Origin: Chlorobi bacterium Chlorobi_1
Lineage (GTDB): Bacteria > Bacteroidota > Chlorobiia > Chlorobiales > Chlorobiaceae
Direction: 5' to 3'
NCBI GenBank assembly: GCA_900299075.1
Contig: OMIK01000065.1
Location: 13,059 to 77,058 of the forward strand
DNA length: 64,000 nt
Shown here: positions 28,531-42,182 of the stretch, one piece after another
How the letters are laid out: each line of letters opens with the position of its first letter
Numbering within the stretch: position 1 is the first letter of the stretch
The notes under the pieces: model-generated
Seen by the model: the letters and a program-made list of their open reading frames with translations, nothing else
Told to the model about the DNA's origin: nothing
Databases searched by the model: none
Position numbers and translations under genes: made by a program

Positions 28531-28944
28531 ATGAGCGAGAATCAAGATTTGCAGAAGAGCTTTCTTGAAACGGTGAAGTTCGACGAGAAGGGGCTGGTGC
28601 CCGCGATCGTCCAGGACCACGAGACCGGCAAGGTGCTGATGATGGCATGGATGAACCGCGAAAGCCTCGAAATGACCCTCGAGAGGAAAAAGGCCTGCTA
28701 CTGGAGCCGCAGCCGCAAGCAGCTCTGGCTGAAGGGGGAGTCCTCCGGCAACATGCAGGAGGTCCACGACATCCTCATCGACTGCGACGGCGACACCCTG
28801 CTCCTGAAGGTTTCGCAGCGCGGCGGCGCCTGCCATGTCGGGTACCACTCCTGCTTCTACCGCAGGAAGGTCGACGGCGGCAACATGGAGATCTGCGACA
28901 CCCTGATGTTCGACCCCGAAGAGGTCTACGGCAAAAAAAGCTGA
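28531..28944 (+). CDS. hisI: Phosphoribosyl-AMP cyclohydrolase
   Basis: [42 protein letters not shown]. Confidence 0.97.
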   Translation: MSENQDLQKSFLETVKFDEKGLVPAIVQDHETGKVLMMAWMNRESLEMTLERKKACYWSRSRKQLWLKGESSGNMQEVHDILIDCDGDTLLLKVSQRGGACHVGYHSCFYRRKVDGGNMEICDTLMFDPEEVYGKKS

Positions 28945-28953
28945 CCACCGCAG

Positions 28954-29679
28954 ATGAGCAGTTCAACCGAAACCGCGAAGTCCCTCATCAGGACCAAGTC
29001 GCGCTCCTCGATCAAGAGCATGTTCGACGAGGTGGCGCCGACCTACGACTTCCTCAACCACCTGCTGAGCCTCGGCATCGACAACTACTGGCGGACGACC
29101 GCCTCGGGCAAGGCCAGAAAGCTGCTCTCGAGGGTGCGCGAGCCGAAGATCCTCGACGTCGCCACGGGCACGGGCGACCTTGCCGCCGCAATGGCAAAGA
29201 TCCCGGGTGCGAAGGTGACCGGCTTCGACCTCTCTCCGGAGATGCTTGCCATCGCCAGGAAGAAGTACCCGGCCATCACCTTCCTCGAGGGCTACGCCGA
29301 GAAGCTCCCCTTCGAGGAGGCGAGCTTCAACGCGGTCAGCGCGGGCTTCGGCGTCAGGAATTTCGAGAACCTCGAGCAGGGCATGCGCGAGTTCGTCCGC
29401 GTGCTCAAGACGGGGGGCTGCGCCCTGATCATCGAGCCGATGATCCCGCGTAACCCGATGATGAAGAGCCTCTACCTCATCTACTTCAAGAAGGTGCTGC
29501 CGAAGATCGCCGCAATGTTCAGCAAGTCATCCTTCGCCTACGACTACCTCCCGAACTCGGTCGAGCAGTTCCCGCAGGCCGAGGCCTTCACCTCCATCCT
29601 GAAGAAGGCCGGCTTCAGCAAGGCCGACTACATCCCGATGACCTTCGAGACCTCGATACTCTACGTCGCCGTGAAGTAA
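28954..29679 (+). CDS. menG: Demethylmenaquinone methyltransferase (UbiE/MenG)
   Basis: [47 protein letters not shown]. Confidence 0.94.
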   Translation: MSSSTETAKSLIRTKSRSSIKSMFDEVAPTYDFLNHLLSLGIDNYWRTTASGKARKLLSRVREPKILDVATGTGDLAAAMAKIPGAKVTGFDLSPEMLAIARKKYPAITFLEGYAEKLPFEEASFNAVSAGFGVRNFENLEQGMREFVRVLKTGGCALIIEPMIPRNPMMKSLYLIYFKKVLPKIAAMFSKSSFAYDYLPNSVEQFPQAEAFTSILKKAGFSKADYIPMTFETSILYVAVK

Positions 29680-29722
29680 GGGAGTGCCCGGACCTGCGGG
29701 TCCTGTGGCGGACAAAAGGGAG

Positions 29723-29756
29723 AAAAAGGTGAAGAACGGAAGTTCTTCACCTTTTT
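29723..29756. terminator. Bidirectional intrinsic terminator
   Basis: aaaaaggtgaagaac-ggaa-gttcttcaccttttt: perfect 15-bp stem between convergent genes. Confidence 0.8.
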
Positions 29757-30193
29757 CATTTCACCAGTGCGAAAGTGCCTTCGAACCTGACGGCGGGGCC
29801 GCCATCGCCGGCGACCTCCGCATGGATCACCATCTTCGCCCGGCCGGTGCGCGCATAGGTGTCGAGGAAATCGTGGAACTCCGCGTCTGGCGGCATGGTC
29901 CCCGTGGCGACGATATCCCCGGAGACCGGCCGGAGGTACTCGACGCCCCCCCTGCGGATGACGATGTTCCCCTCGACCCCGGCCTCCCGGAGGCGGAGGT
30001 AGAGCAGCCCCCACGACGAGAGCACCGCCGCGATGTAGAGGCTGCCGCCGAAGGCGGTGCCGAGGTGGTTGAAGTTGTTGGCCAGCGGCGCAAGGATGGT
30101 GAGCTCACGCCCGGTGTAGCGTTCGACCCTGATTCCCATGGCCTGCGTCAGGGGAATGGCCTGGTCGAGAATGGACTGCAGTGTCTGTTCCAT
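29756..30193 (-). CDS. YiiD C-terminal domain / hotdog-fold thioesterase
   Basis: IPLTQAMGI, APLANNFNHLGTAFGGS. Confidence 0.85.
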   Translation of the reverse strand: MEQTLQSILDQAIPLTQAMGIRVERYTGRELTILAPLANNFNHLGTAFGGSLYIAAVLSSWGLLYLRLREAGVEGNIVIRRGGVEYLRPVSGDIVATGTMPPDAEFHDFLDTYARTGRAKMVIHAEVAGDGGPAVRFEGTFALVK

Positions 30194-30211
30194 GGAAGCG
30201 CGCTCTGGGGT

Positions 30212-30841
30212 TCAGGTCAGGGAGAGTCCGGGCATGTCGCTGCGGTACCGGGAGTAGTTGGTGCAGACGTGCCCAGACTGCGGCCGGTCACCGTGGATTC
30301 TCGTCACCAGCTCCACCACCTGGGAGGGTTCGAGGGCGTGGAAGAGCATGTGCATGTCCTGGGGATCGAACAGTCGCCGACGCATCACCTCGGCCTTGAG
30401 CCAGTCGAGCAGCCCTGTCCAGATATCGCCGTAGAGGATGATCGGGGTCTCGCAGATCTGGTGGACCTGCACGAGCTGCCAGGTGTAGAAGAGCTCGAGC
30501 AGGGTGCCGACCCCTCCCGGAGCCACCACCACCGCGTCCGACAGGGCCATGAAGGTATCGAGGCGGCTGCTGAACCGGTCGAACTCCGCCTTGATGTCGA
30601 GGAATGGGTTGGGCTCCTGCTCGCGGGGCAGCCTGATGTTGAGGCCGATCGACTGGCCGCCGTTGACGACGCTCTTCGACCCCGCATTCGCCGCCTGCAT
30701 GAGGCCGGGGCCTCCGCCGGTCACGATGTCGAATCCCGCGGCTGCGAGCCCTTTCGCGATCGCGTAGACATCCCGGTACGCCTCGTCCCCTTCGCTCATC
30801 CTGGCCGATCCGAAGATCGCCACCCTGTATTTCGGTTCCAT
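30212..30841 (-). CDS. LOG family protein
   Basis: [32 protein letters not shown]. Confidence 0.92.
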   Translation of the reverse strand: MEPKYRVAIFGSARMSEGDEAYRDVYAIAKGLAAAGFDIVTGGGPGLMQAANAGSKSVVNGGQSIGLNIRLPREQEPNPFLDIKAEFDRFSSRLDTFMALSDAVVVAPGGVGTLLELFYTWQLVQVHQICETPIILYGDIWTGLLDWLKAEVMRRRLFDPQDMHMLFHALEPSQVVELVTRIHGDRPQSGHVCTNYSRYRSDMPGLSLT

Positions 30842-30854
30842 GGCAGGTGATGTT

Positions 30855-31331
30855 TCAGTTCGGGTCCGCTTCGGCCGCACGCACCCACTTCTCGGTCCGG
30901 CCGAGCAGGGAGATGCCGACGAAGCCGCGCAGGCGGAGCGTATGCATATCCTTGCCGTCATCGTCCAGCCGCATGTAGGAGCGGTACTCGTGGCCACTGT
31001 CCGGATCGTAGATCCTGCCGCCCGACCAGTCGTTCTCCCCCTGCCAGGTGAAGCCCCTGAGGATGACCGTGCCGACCAGCAGGCGGCTGCGGAGGGCCGG
31101 GTCCGGGTTCTTCTCGTCGAGCCGGCCGGGATGCTCGCCCCAGACGATCTTCCCCTCGTAGGTGCCGGAAGCCGTCTTGTAGATGTCGATGGTGCCGTGG
31201 TGGCGCCCCTCCCTGAACGACCTCCAGCGCCCGACGACGTCGTCCGGCTGGACGGCCTGGGCGGGTACGTCCCGGATCAGCGAAAGGAGAGACAGCAGGA
31301 TACCTGCGGTAATTGCCAAGCTCTTATTCAT
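30855..31331 (-). CDS. DUF2147 family exported protein
   Basis: Signal peptide; [36 protein letters not shown]. Confidence 0.88.
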   Translation of the reverse strand: MNKSLAITAGILLSLLSLIRDVPAQAVQPDDVVGRWRSFREGRHHGTIDIYKTASGTYEGKIVWGEHPGRLDEKNPDPALRSRLLVGTVILRGFTWQGENDWSGGRIYDPDSGHEYRSYMRLDDDGKDMHTLRLRGFVGISLLGRTEKWVRAAEADPN

Positions 31332-31358
31332 GGAAACCTCCGTTTTTGTTGCAGGACA

Positions 31359-31496
31359 GGTATCTCGAACAAGCGTCATGAGAGGTTCGGGAGCAAGGCG
31401 GATGGAGCGCAGAAACCGGAGCGTACATGCAGTACGTGAGGATTTCGAGCACCACCCAACGCAGCAATCGAATCTCGCAACAGCTTTGAGAGATAC

Positions 31497-31497
<1 letters not shown>
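31359..31497. mobile_element. MITE-like non-autonomous element, about 139 bp
   Basis: Terminal inverted repeat ggtatctc...gagatacc (imperfectly extendable to about 15 bp); internal palindrome cgtac-atgca-gtacg; no ORF; abuts the ligA stop. Confidence 0.55.
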
Positions 31498-35070
<3,573 letters not shown>

Positions 35071-35075
35071 AGGTT

Positions 35076-35789
35076 TCAGGCCGGAACCGCACGGTTCGTA
35101 CGGGAGTCGCTCTCGATCTTGCCGTCCACGAGGTGGATGCGCCGCCCGGCCCGGTTGGCGAACTCCTCGTCATGGGTCACCACGATCACCGTCTGGGCCA
35201 GCTCGCGGTTGAGGCGGTCGAAGAGCTGGTAGACGTTGTCGGCCGACTTCGAATCGAGGTTGCCGGTCGGCTCGTCGCCGAGCAGCACCTTCGGCTCGTT
35301 GGCCAGCGCCCGGGCGATGGCCACGCGCTGCTGCTGGCCTCCGGAGAGCTGGTTGGGCTTGTTGGCATACTTGTTCTCCAGGCCCACCATGTCCAGCAGC
35401 TTCATGGCCCGCTCACGGATCTCCTTACGGCCGTACTTGCGGCGGATCAGCATCGGCAGGCAGACGTTGTCGAGCGCGTTGAACTCGGGAAGCAGGAAGT
35501 GGAACTGGTAGATGAAGCCGATCTTCTCGTTCCTGATCACGGTCATTTCGGCTTCGTCGATCCCGGTGATCTCCTGGCCGTCCAGCCAGACCTTCCCGAA
35601 GGTCGGCTTGTCGAGGCCGCCCATGATGTAGAGCAAGGTGGACTTGCCAGAACCCGACGGGCCGGTGATGGCCACGAACTCGCCCTTGAAGATATCGAGC
35701 GACAGGTTGGGGATGATCGTCTGGCGGACATCCCGCGAAAGTTCGAGCTCCCTGCGGATGCCCTCGAGACGGAGGATCGTTTCGGCCAT
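35076..35789 (-). CDS. ABC transporter ATP-binding protein (LolD/MacB-like)
   Basis: [42 protein letters not shown]. Confidence 0.92.
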   Translation of the reverse strand: MAETILRLEGIRRELELSRDVRQTIIPNLSLDIFKGEFVAITGPSGSGKSTLLYIMGGLDKPTFGKVWLDGQEITGIDEAEMTVIRNEKIGFIYQFHFLLPEFNALDNVCLPMLIRRKYGRKEIRERAMKLLDMVGLENKYANKPNQLSGGQQQRVAIARALANEPKVLLGDEPTGNLDSKSADNVYQLFDRLNRELAQTVIVVTHDEEFANRAGRRIHLVDGKIESDSRTNRAVPA

Positions 35790-35911
35790 CGGCTACCGGT
35801 TTCTTGCTGGATGGTGACGTTCGGGTTCCGCACGATGGCGGAAGCTCTTAAAGTATAAGAAAAAAGCCGCTCAAGCGGGAAGCCTATCGCTCCGGATCGG
35901 CGGCGGCAAAG

Positions 35912-36340
35912 TTACGGTTCGCGTTCGATCTCCAGGGCGAACCGCCTGAAGCTGTCGGCGATTTCATCCCTGACGCGCCTGAACACGGCAAGGCGCTCCC
36001 CTTCGCTGCCGGTCGCCCCGGCAGGATCGTCGAACCCCAAATGGAGCCTGTGGCGGACTTCGCCGGTAAAGATCGGGCAGCTCTCCTTCGCGTCGTCGCA
36101 GACCATCACCACGTAATCGAAGCTGCGGCCAAGGAACCCGCCGACGCTTTTCGGATGGTGCCCGCCGATATCGATCCCCGCCTCACGCATGACCGCTACC
36201 GCCAGGGGATGGACACGTCCGGCCGGACGGGTACCGGCCGAGTGGACCTCGATCGAGGGGGCGAACGACTTCAGGAACCCCTCCGCCATCTGGCTGCGGC
36301 AGGAGTTCCCGGTACACAGGATGAGCACCGAAGTTTTCAT
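35912..36340 (-). CDS. arsC: Thioredoxin-coupled arsenate reductase (LMW-PTP family)
   Basis: LCTGNSCRSQMAE P-loop, VCDDAKESCP, FDDPA; in an ars context. Confidence 0.9.
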   Translation of the reverse strand: MKTSVLILCTGNSCRSQMAEGFLKSFAPSIEVHSAGTRPAGRVHPLAVAVMREAGIDIGGHHPKSVGGFLGRSFDYVVMVCDDAKESCPIFTGEVRHRLHLGFDDPAGATGSEGERLAVFRRVRDEIADSFRRFALEIEREP

Positions 36341-36378
36341 GGTTGGTGATATCAATAATTCAGGGATACATCCCCCTC

Positions 36379-36414
36379 ACCGGTATCGAAATCGAATCCG
36401 AAAGCGATGTAAGA
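36379..36414 (+). repeat. Hexamer-unit repeat copy related to the copies at 14656 and 37541
   Basis: accggtatcgaaatcgaatccgaaagcgatgtaaga. Confidence 0.5.
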
Positions 36415-36453
36415 TAAGCCTGCACGTGTCGGCCAGGACAGGGACCTTGCAGG

Positions 36454-37482
36454 CTACAGCACCGCGTTGAAGAGGTAGCCTACCAGCATGATCCCGACGG
36501 CCACGACACCGGCGAAGACCGCGATCAGCGTCGGCTTGAGCACCTTGCGGAGGATGATCATCTCGGGAGCGGACAGCGCGATCACGCTCATCATGAAAGC
36601 CATCACCGTCCCCAACGCCGCCCCCTTGCCCAGGAGCACCTCGACGACCGGCAGGATCCCGGCAGCGTTCGAATACATCGGAACGCCGATGATGACGGCG
36701 GCAGGCACGGCCCACCATTCGCTTTTGCCCATGATGGAGGCCATGAGGTTTTCAGGGACGTAGCCATGCACGGCAGCACCCGCGCCGACACCGAGCACGA
36801 TGTAGATCCAGACCCGGCCCACGATCTCCCTGACATGCTTCACCCCCTCGCCGAACCGGTCGGGCCAGGAGATGGCCGGCATCTCGTACCCGCATCCGCC
36901 GGCGCTGTTCTGGAGTTGCCGTACCCAATCCTCGAGATGGTGCTCGAGGTGCAGCCTGCCGATCACCGCACCGGAGAGCACGGCGATCAGCAATCCCATG
37001 GCGAGGTAGAGCAGGGCGATCTTCCAGCCGAGCATGCCGAACAGGAGGGCAAGCGCCACCTCGTTGACCATGGGCGCAGAGACCAGGAAGGAGAAGGTCA
37101 CCCCGAGGGGCACGCCGGCCTGGAGGAAACCGATGAACAGTGGCACGGCGGAGCAGGAGCAGAAGGGGGTAACCACGCCGAGCAAGGCGGCCATCACGTT
37201 GCCGACACCGGCCCGACGGCCGGAGAGCAGCGCACGGGTCCTCTCAGGGGCGACGAAGGTATGGACCACCCCCATCGCGAAAACCACCAGCAGGAGCAGC
37301 AGGAGCACCTTGGGCACCTCGAAGACGAAGAACCGTAAGGCTTCCCCGAAGGCGCCATGGCGTGCCGGTCCCAACAGGCCGGCCACAGCATCGGCGGCCG
37401 CATCGAGATGTATGTAGGCAAACCCCCATGCCGCCAGCGCGACGGCTATTCCCGCAAACCACGAAGTGCTTCTCGACAGCAT
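36454..37482 (-). CDS. arsP: ArsP-like (DUF318) permease
   Basis: TPFCSCSAVP, SAPMVNE, GVPMYSNAAG, SAPEMIILRKV. Confidence 0.88.
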   Translation of the reverse strand: MLSRSTSWFAGIAVALAAWGFAYIHLDAAADAVAGLLGPARHGAFGEALRFFVFEVPKVLLLLLLVVFAMGVVHTFVAPERTRALLSGRRAGVGNVMAALLGVVTPFCSCSAVPLFIGFLQAGVPLGVTFSFLVSAPMVNEVALALLFGMLGWKIALLYLAMGLLIAVLSGAVIGRLHLEHHLEDWVRQLQNSAGGCGYEMPAISWPDRFGEGVKHVREIVGRVWIYIVLGVGAGAAVHGYVPENLMASIMGKSEWWAVPAAVIIGVPMYSNAAGILPVVEVLLGKGAALGTVMAFMMSVIALSAPEMIILRKVLKPTLIAVFAGVVAVGIMLVGYLFNAVL

Positions 37483-37540
37483 GATCCTACCCCTCTCTTC
37501 CCTTCTCCAGCAAATGTTGAATCGAAATCCCTATCCTGAC

Positions 37541-37561
37541 CGGTATCGATAGCGATAAAGA
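37541..37561 (+). repeat. Hexamer-unit repeat copy
   Basis: cggtatcgatagcgataaaga matches 14656-14676 at 20/21 positions. Confidence 0.75.
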
Positions 37562-37611
37562 ATGACAGGATGGCGGGCTATCAGGTCCTCCATCCTGTTG
37601 CTTCCTGACGA

Positions 37612-37914
37612 TCAGCAGCAGGTGCCGTTCTGGCGACCGGTTCCCTTGGCGTGGTCGCCGCAGCAGCAGCCGCCATGCCTTGCCGTCAGCAGCTCCCTGA
37701 TCTCTGCCGCGGAGGGGACCCTGCCGGAGCAGACGACCTTGCCGTCGACCACCAGGCCCGGGGTGGACATGACGCCGTAGCCGACGATCTGCTGGATATC
37801 CTCGACCTTTTCGACCGAGGCTTCGATGCCTTCGGCAACGATCACCGCTTTCACGGCATCGGCAAGCTGGTTGCATTTGGCGCAACCGCTGCCCAGAACC
37901 TTTACCTGTTTCAT
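37612..37914 (-). CDS. Small redox-active thioredoxin-family protein with a Cys-rich C-terminal tail
   Basis: VKVLGSGCAKC, YGVMSTPGLVVDG; tail GGCCCGDHAKGTGRQNGTCC. Confidence 0.88.
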   Translation of the reverse strand: MKQVKVLGSGCAKCNQLADAVKAVIVAEGIEASVEKVEDIQQIVGYGVMSTPGLVVDGKVVCSGRVPSAAEIRELLTARHGGCCCGDHAKGTGRQNGTCC

Positions 37915-37932
37915 GTGCTTGTCTGTTTTGTT

Positions 37933-37955
37933 GTTTATCGCAAATAAACGATTGA
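37933..37955. promoter_or_regulatory. Second putative ArsR operator
   Basis: gtttatcgcaaataaacgattga matches the operator at 38324-38346 at 19/23 positions. Confidence 0.65.
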
Positions 37956-37973
37956 TAAAAATAGCGATGAATC

Positions 37974-38309
37974 TCACTCGCAATCGCAACCAGGTCCGAA
38001 ACCACTCCCGAAAAAACCTGCGAACAGCTCCTCCGCCAGGCCCCACCGCTCGCGGTTGATACAGTATTTGACCTTGGGCGGGTCGATCTGGCCCTGAATC
38101 AGTCCTGCATCGAGGAGAACCTTGAGGTGCTGTGAGATGGTGGACTGCGCCATGGAGATATGGCCGGTCAGTTCTCCGGTGAAACAGCAGGTCTCGCCGG
38201 CGAGCAGCCTCAGGATCCTGACCCGCACCGGATGGGCAAGAGCCCTCGAAATCGAAGCTATCGACTCTTCGTCAAGGGTGTAATCAGGTGAAGTCAGGGT
38301 TCTCTGCAT
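37974..38309 (-). CDS. arsR: ArsR/SmtB-family repressor
   Basis: RALAHPVRVRIL, TCCFTGEL, SQHLKVLLDAGLI; start set at MQRTLTS. Confidence 0.92.
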   Translation of the reverse strand: MQRTLTSPDYTLDEESIASISRALAHPVRVRILRLLAGETCCFTGELTGHISMAQSTISQHLKVLLDAGLIQGQIDPPKVKYCINRERWGLAEELFAGFFGSGFGPGCDCE

Positions 38310-38323
38310 GCGCCTCGAATATT

Positions 38324-38346
38324 GTTCATCGCAAATATACGATGAA
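38324..38346. promoter_or_regulatory. Putative ArsR operator
   Basis: ttcatcg-caaatata-cgatgaa: perfect 7-bp inverted repeat 15 nt upstream of the arsR start. Confidence 0.72.
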
Positions 38347-38615
38347 TGAGCATAAAAAGCAATCCCTGCGCGCTGATCGGCAGCCAACCAATAAGTATGC
38401 CAGCGCCGGTACGCGTTATTTCTTATATTACATATCGCATGAAGTCTCAAAAAGCGACCCTAGCATTTAGCACAAATATCAACACAAATAACGCGTATTG
38501 ATAAAACTTTTTTAGGTTAATACATCACTTATCCTTATATTTTTAGATTACCGCATGCAAAACAACCGCCAAGAACCCGGAATTGCCTGGCAACCACCGG
38601 TTGACCGAACAACTC

Positions 38616-38641
38616 TCGATATAGAAACAGGGATATAACGA
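38616..38641. promoter_or_regulatory. Putative ModE box
   Basis: tcgatatag-aaacagg-gatataacga resembles the ModE consensus ATCGnTATATA-N6-TATATAnCGAT and sits directly before the modD ATG. Confidence 0.7.
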
Positions 38642-38643
38642 AC

Positions 38644-39501
38644 ATGCACCACAGGATCAGCGACACAGAACTGGCACGGTTCATCGATGAGGATGTGCCT
38701 TACGGCGACCTTACGACCATGCTGCTCGGCATCGGCTGTGAAGCGGGCACCATCACCTTCACGACGCGTGACCGGACCGTAGTCTGCTGCACCGAGGAAG
38801 CAGGCCGGATACTCGAAACCTGTGGAGCCAGGGTCGCGCTGTCGATCGCCTCAGGCACAGCTGTCGAACCCGGCACCGTCATCCTGCAGGCCGAAGGCAA
38901 CGCCGCGGCCCTGCACGAAGGCTGGAAGGTGGCACTGAACCTGCTCGAATATGCATCGGGCATCGCGACTCGCACCCAAGCGATCGTTGGGCGGGCCCGT
39001 TCGACCAACCCTGACATCGTCATCGTCGCCACACGTAAATCATTCCCCGGCACGAGGAAAGTCGCCATGAAAGCCATCACCGCAGGAGGGGCGCTTCCTC
39101 ACCGCCTCGGCCTTTCCGAATCGATCCTCGTTTTCAGCCAGCACACGGCTTTCCTCGGAGGGCTCGACCGCTTCCTCGACATGCTTCCCGCTTTGAGGAA
39201 ACGCGCCCCGGAACAAAAGATAGTCGTCGAAGCGGACACTCCGCCAGAAGCGCTCAGTATCGCGAAAGCCGGCGCCGATGTGGTGCAGGTCGACAAGATG
39301 CCGGTTCATGAGCTTTCAAGCCTTGTCGCAGATATCCGCCGCAACTGTCCGGGGGTCAGGATCTCGGCGGCTGGCGGGATCAACGCCGAAAACGCCGCCG
39401 AATATGCCGCGACCGGCATCGACATCATCGTGCTCTCATCGCTCTATTTCGGCAAGCCGGCGAATATCTCCGCCGTTATCGACACTAAACCAAAACCCTG
39501 A
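38644..39501 (+). CDS. modD: ModD (NadC-like) protein
   Basis: EDVPYGDLTT, SGIATRT, TRKSFPG, HRLGLSE; first gene of the mod operon. Confidence 0.9.
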   Translation: MHHRISDTELARFIDEDVPYGDLTTMLLGIGCEAGTITFTTRDRTVVCCTEEAGRILETCGARVALSIASGTAVEPGTVILQAEGNAAALHEGWKVALNLLEYASGIATRTQAIVGRARSTNPDIVIVATRKSFPGTRKVAMKAITAGGALPHRLGLSESILVFSQHTAFLGGLDRFLDMLPALRKRAPEQKIVVEADTPPEALSIAKAGADVVQVDKMPVHELSSLVADIRRNCPGVRISAAGGINAENAAEYAATGIDIIVLSSLYFGKPANISAVIDTKPKP

Positions 39502-39506
39502 AATCC

Positions 39507-40265
39507 ATGAAAACCGCAAAAAACACCCTGAGGCGATTCGTCGTCGCCCTGATGGCCCTTATGACGGGATCGGCGCCAGCCATGGCCGGACAACTCAAAA
39601 TCTCGGCGGCGGCAAGCCTCAAGGAGAGCATCAACGAAATGGCGGACAAGTATGCGGCGAAACATCCCGGCTGCACCTTCGTGAAGAACTACGGAGCATC
39701 GGGGGCCCTTGCCGGGCAGATCGAGAACGGCGCCCCTGCTGACATTTTCATTTCGGCAAGCACCGAATGGATGGAGCACCTTAAAGCGAAGAACCTGGTC
39801 GACCCGTCCAGCCAGAAGGACTTTGCCTATAACGTGCTCGTCTTTGCCGGCGGAACCAGCAAAAAGGTAGGCGGGATGAAAGACCTTGCGGGGCTCGCTA
39901 AAATCGCCATCGGTAGCCCGAAGAGCGTGCCTGCAGGTGAATACGCCACCGAAGCCATGAAAAACGCCGGTGTCGACCAGCAGCTCGCCACGAAACTGGT
40001 GATGGCGAAGGATGTGAGGGAGTGCCTGACCTATGCCGAGATGGGCGAGGTCGACGGCGCTTTCGTCTACCGCACCGATGCCCTGCAGGCAAAAAAGGCT
40101 AAGATCCTGTTCATTGTCCCGGCAAAACTTTATTCGAGGGTTGTCTACCCGATGGCGCTGACCACGACAGGAGCCAAAAACGCCGAGGCAAGGGCTTTCA
40201 TCGACTGGCTGCAGGGCGCAGAAGCCCGGTCGGTCCTGAAGAAGTACGGCTTCGAACTGAAGTGA
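39507..40265 (+). CDS. modA: Molybdate ABC transporter substrate-binding protein
   Basis: AAASLKE, YGASGALAGQIENGAPADIFISA, PKSVPAGEYA, FVYRTDA. Confidence 0.96.
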   Translation: MKTAKNTLRRFVVALMALMTGSAPAMAGQLKISAAASLKESINEMADKYAAKHPGCTFVKNYGASGALAGQIENGAPADIFISASTEWMEHLKAKNLVDPSSQKDFAYNVLVFAGGTSKKVGGMKDLAGLAKIAIGSPKSVPAGEYATEAMKNAGVDQQLATKLVMAKDVRECLTYAEMGEVDGAFVYRTDALQAKKAKILFIVPAKLYSRVVYPMALTTTGAKNAEARAFIDWLQGAEARSVLKKYGFELK

Positions 40266-40284
40266 CCCATAACTGTCGCACAGT

Positions 40285-40971
40285 ATGAACCTGTCGCCCC
40301 AGGACATCACGGCCATAGGCCTCTCCATGAAGATCGCCATAACGGCGACCGCCATCTCGCTTCCGTTCGGGTTCGCGACGGCGTGGCTCATGGTGTTCAG
40401 GAGCTTCCGGGGCAAGGTGCTGCTCGAAGTATTCGTGAATCTTCCGCTCACCCTTCCGCCGGTGGTCATCGGCTACCTGCTGCTGCTCTTCTTCGGGCGG
40501 AACGGCTGGGGCGGCGGCCTGCTCAAGTCTGCAGGGATCGAGTTCATCTTCACCTGGAAGGCTGCGGTCGTCGCCTCGGCGACCGTCGGATTCCCGTTGC
40601 TGGTCCGTTCGATCCGGCTCGGCATGGAATCGATCGACCAGCAGTTCCTGCAGGCCTCCCGAAGCCTTGGCGCCCCGTGGTACGACACCCTCGCCACGGT
40701 GGTGCTGCCACTCTCCTTCAGGGGAATGCTCGCCGGATCCGCGCTCATGTTCGCCCGGAGCCTCGGGGAGTTCGGCGCCACCATCATCGTCGCGGGCAAC
40801 ATCCCCGGCCTCACCCAGACCATACCGCTGGCCATCTACGACTACGCCAGTTCGCCGACAGGGACCACGATGGCCCTCTCCCTTTGCGCAGTTTCGATCT
40901 TCCTGTCGGCAGCTATCCTGCTGCTGCACGAGGTGATCGGGAAAAATCTGGAGAACAGGAGGCGCGCATGA
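40285..40971 (+). CDS. modB: Molybdate ABC transporter permease
   Basis: LPLTLPPVVIG, ASRSLGA, FARSLGEFGAT, TQTIPLAIY. Confidence 0.96.
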   Translation: MNLSPQDITAIGLSMKIAITATAISLPFGFATAWLMVFRSFRGKVLLEVFVNLPLTLPPVVIGYLLLLFFGRNGWGGGLLKSAGIEFIFTWKAAVVASATVGFPLLVRSIRLGMESIDQQFLQASRSLGAPWYDTLATVVLPLSFRGMLAGSALMFARSLGEFGATIIVAGNIPGLTQTIPLAIYDYASSPTGTTMALSLCAVSIFLSAAILLLHEVIGKNLENRRRA

Positions 40972-42023
40972 AGCTGAACATCGACATCGAAAAGAGGCTC
41001 GGTTCTTTCCCGATGCGGATGAACGCCGAGGTAACCGGGGAGCGCATTGGCATCTTCGGCGCCTCAGGTAGTGGCAAGACGAGCCTTGTCCATATGATCG
41101 CGGGCCTGACGATTCCCGACTCGGGCGAGATCTACCTTGACGATTCCTGCCTCTTCAGCAGCAGGAGGCAGATCAACATCGCCCCGGAACAGCGCCGCAT
41201 CTCCATCGTGTTCCAGCACGCAAGCCTCTTCCCGCACCTCGGCGTCAAGGCGAACCTGCTCTACGGCTACCGTCGCTGCCGACCCGAGCACCGGAAGATC
41301 AGCCCTGAATCGATCATCGAGGTCCTCAACCTGCAGCATCTGCTGGACCGGGGCGTCGGTAACCTCTCCGGAGGGGAGAAGCAGCGGGTCGCCCTGGGAC
41401 GGGCCGTGCTGGCCAACCCCCGCCTGCTGCTCATGGACGAACCGCTCTCGGCGCTGGACGACTCGCTCCGGTTCCAGATCATCCCCTACCTGCGGAGCGT
41501 CAGCGAAAAGTTCGGGATACCCTACCTCTTCATTTCGCACTCGCTGGCCGAGATGCAGCTGATGGCCGACCGGGTGATGGTCGTGAACGGAGGCAATGTC
41601 ACCGTCATTTCTACACCCGACGACCTCGCGCGTGCCGGCATGGCCAGCAACCCACGGGGCTATCTCAACCTGCTTCGGCTGGACCGGGCAAAATTCAGGG
41701 ATGGGCTGTTTCACTATCCATGGGGCCAGGGAACCCTCATCATTTCTGACGGAAAACCGGACAGCACATCACTGTTCGAGCTCTCCTCACGGGATATCAT
41801 CCTCTTCAAGCAGAACCCTGAGGCGAGCAGCGCCAGGAACCTGCTCGAGTGCACGGTTACCGAGATGTTCGACTCCGATGGGCGGAAAGGGGTTGTGCTC
41901 GATTCGGGCGGCAGCACGCTCGTGGCAGAAATCGTCCACTCCGCCGCCGTCGAGCTCGGGGTCACCCCTGGATCGACCATGTTCGCCGCCATCAAGGCCT
42001 CTGCCTTCCGCAGACTCGGGTGA
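40968..42023 (+). CDS. modC: Molybdate ABC transporter ATPase with TOBE domain
   Basis: GASGSGKTS, LSGGEKQRVALGRA, MDEPLSALD, SARNLL...IKAS. Confidence 0.95.
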   Translation: MKLNIDIEKRLGSFPMRMNAEVTGERIGIFGASGSGKTSLVHMIAGLTIPDSGEIYLDDSCLFSSRRQINIAPEQRRISIVFQHASLFPHLGVKANLLYGYRRCRPEHRKISPESIIEVLNLQHLLDRGVGNLSGGEKQRVALGRAVLANPRLLLMDEPLSALDDSLRFQIIPYLRSVSEKFGIPYLFISHSLAEMQLMADRVMVVNGGNVTVISTPDDLARAGMASNPRGYLNLLRLDRAKFRDGLFHYPWGQGTLIISDGKPDSTSLFELSSRDIILFKQNPEASSARNLLECTVTEMFDSDGRKGVVLDSGGSTLVAEIVHSAAVELGVTPGSTMFAAIKASAFRRLG

Positions 42024-42182
42024 CGAAAGCGCGTGTGTCACCGCCTTAATCCTGACGGCGGTATACAGCAAAAGCTCCGCCGCTTCATACGTTCCTGTAG
42101 GAACACTTCGGCAGCAGCATTCTTTTTCCTACATAGACCATCATGAGGCAATCGGACATCCAAACCAAACAGGAGTAACGCC

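Noticed and set aside
35790-35860. Possible gene remnant upstream of the LolD-like ATPase ([14 protein letters not shown] frame)
   Set aside because: Too short, with no recognisable homology; it may simply be 5' UTR.
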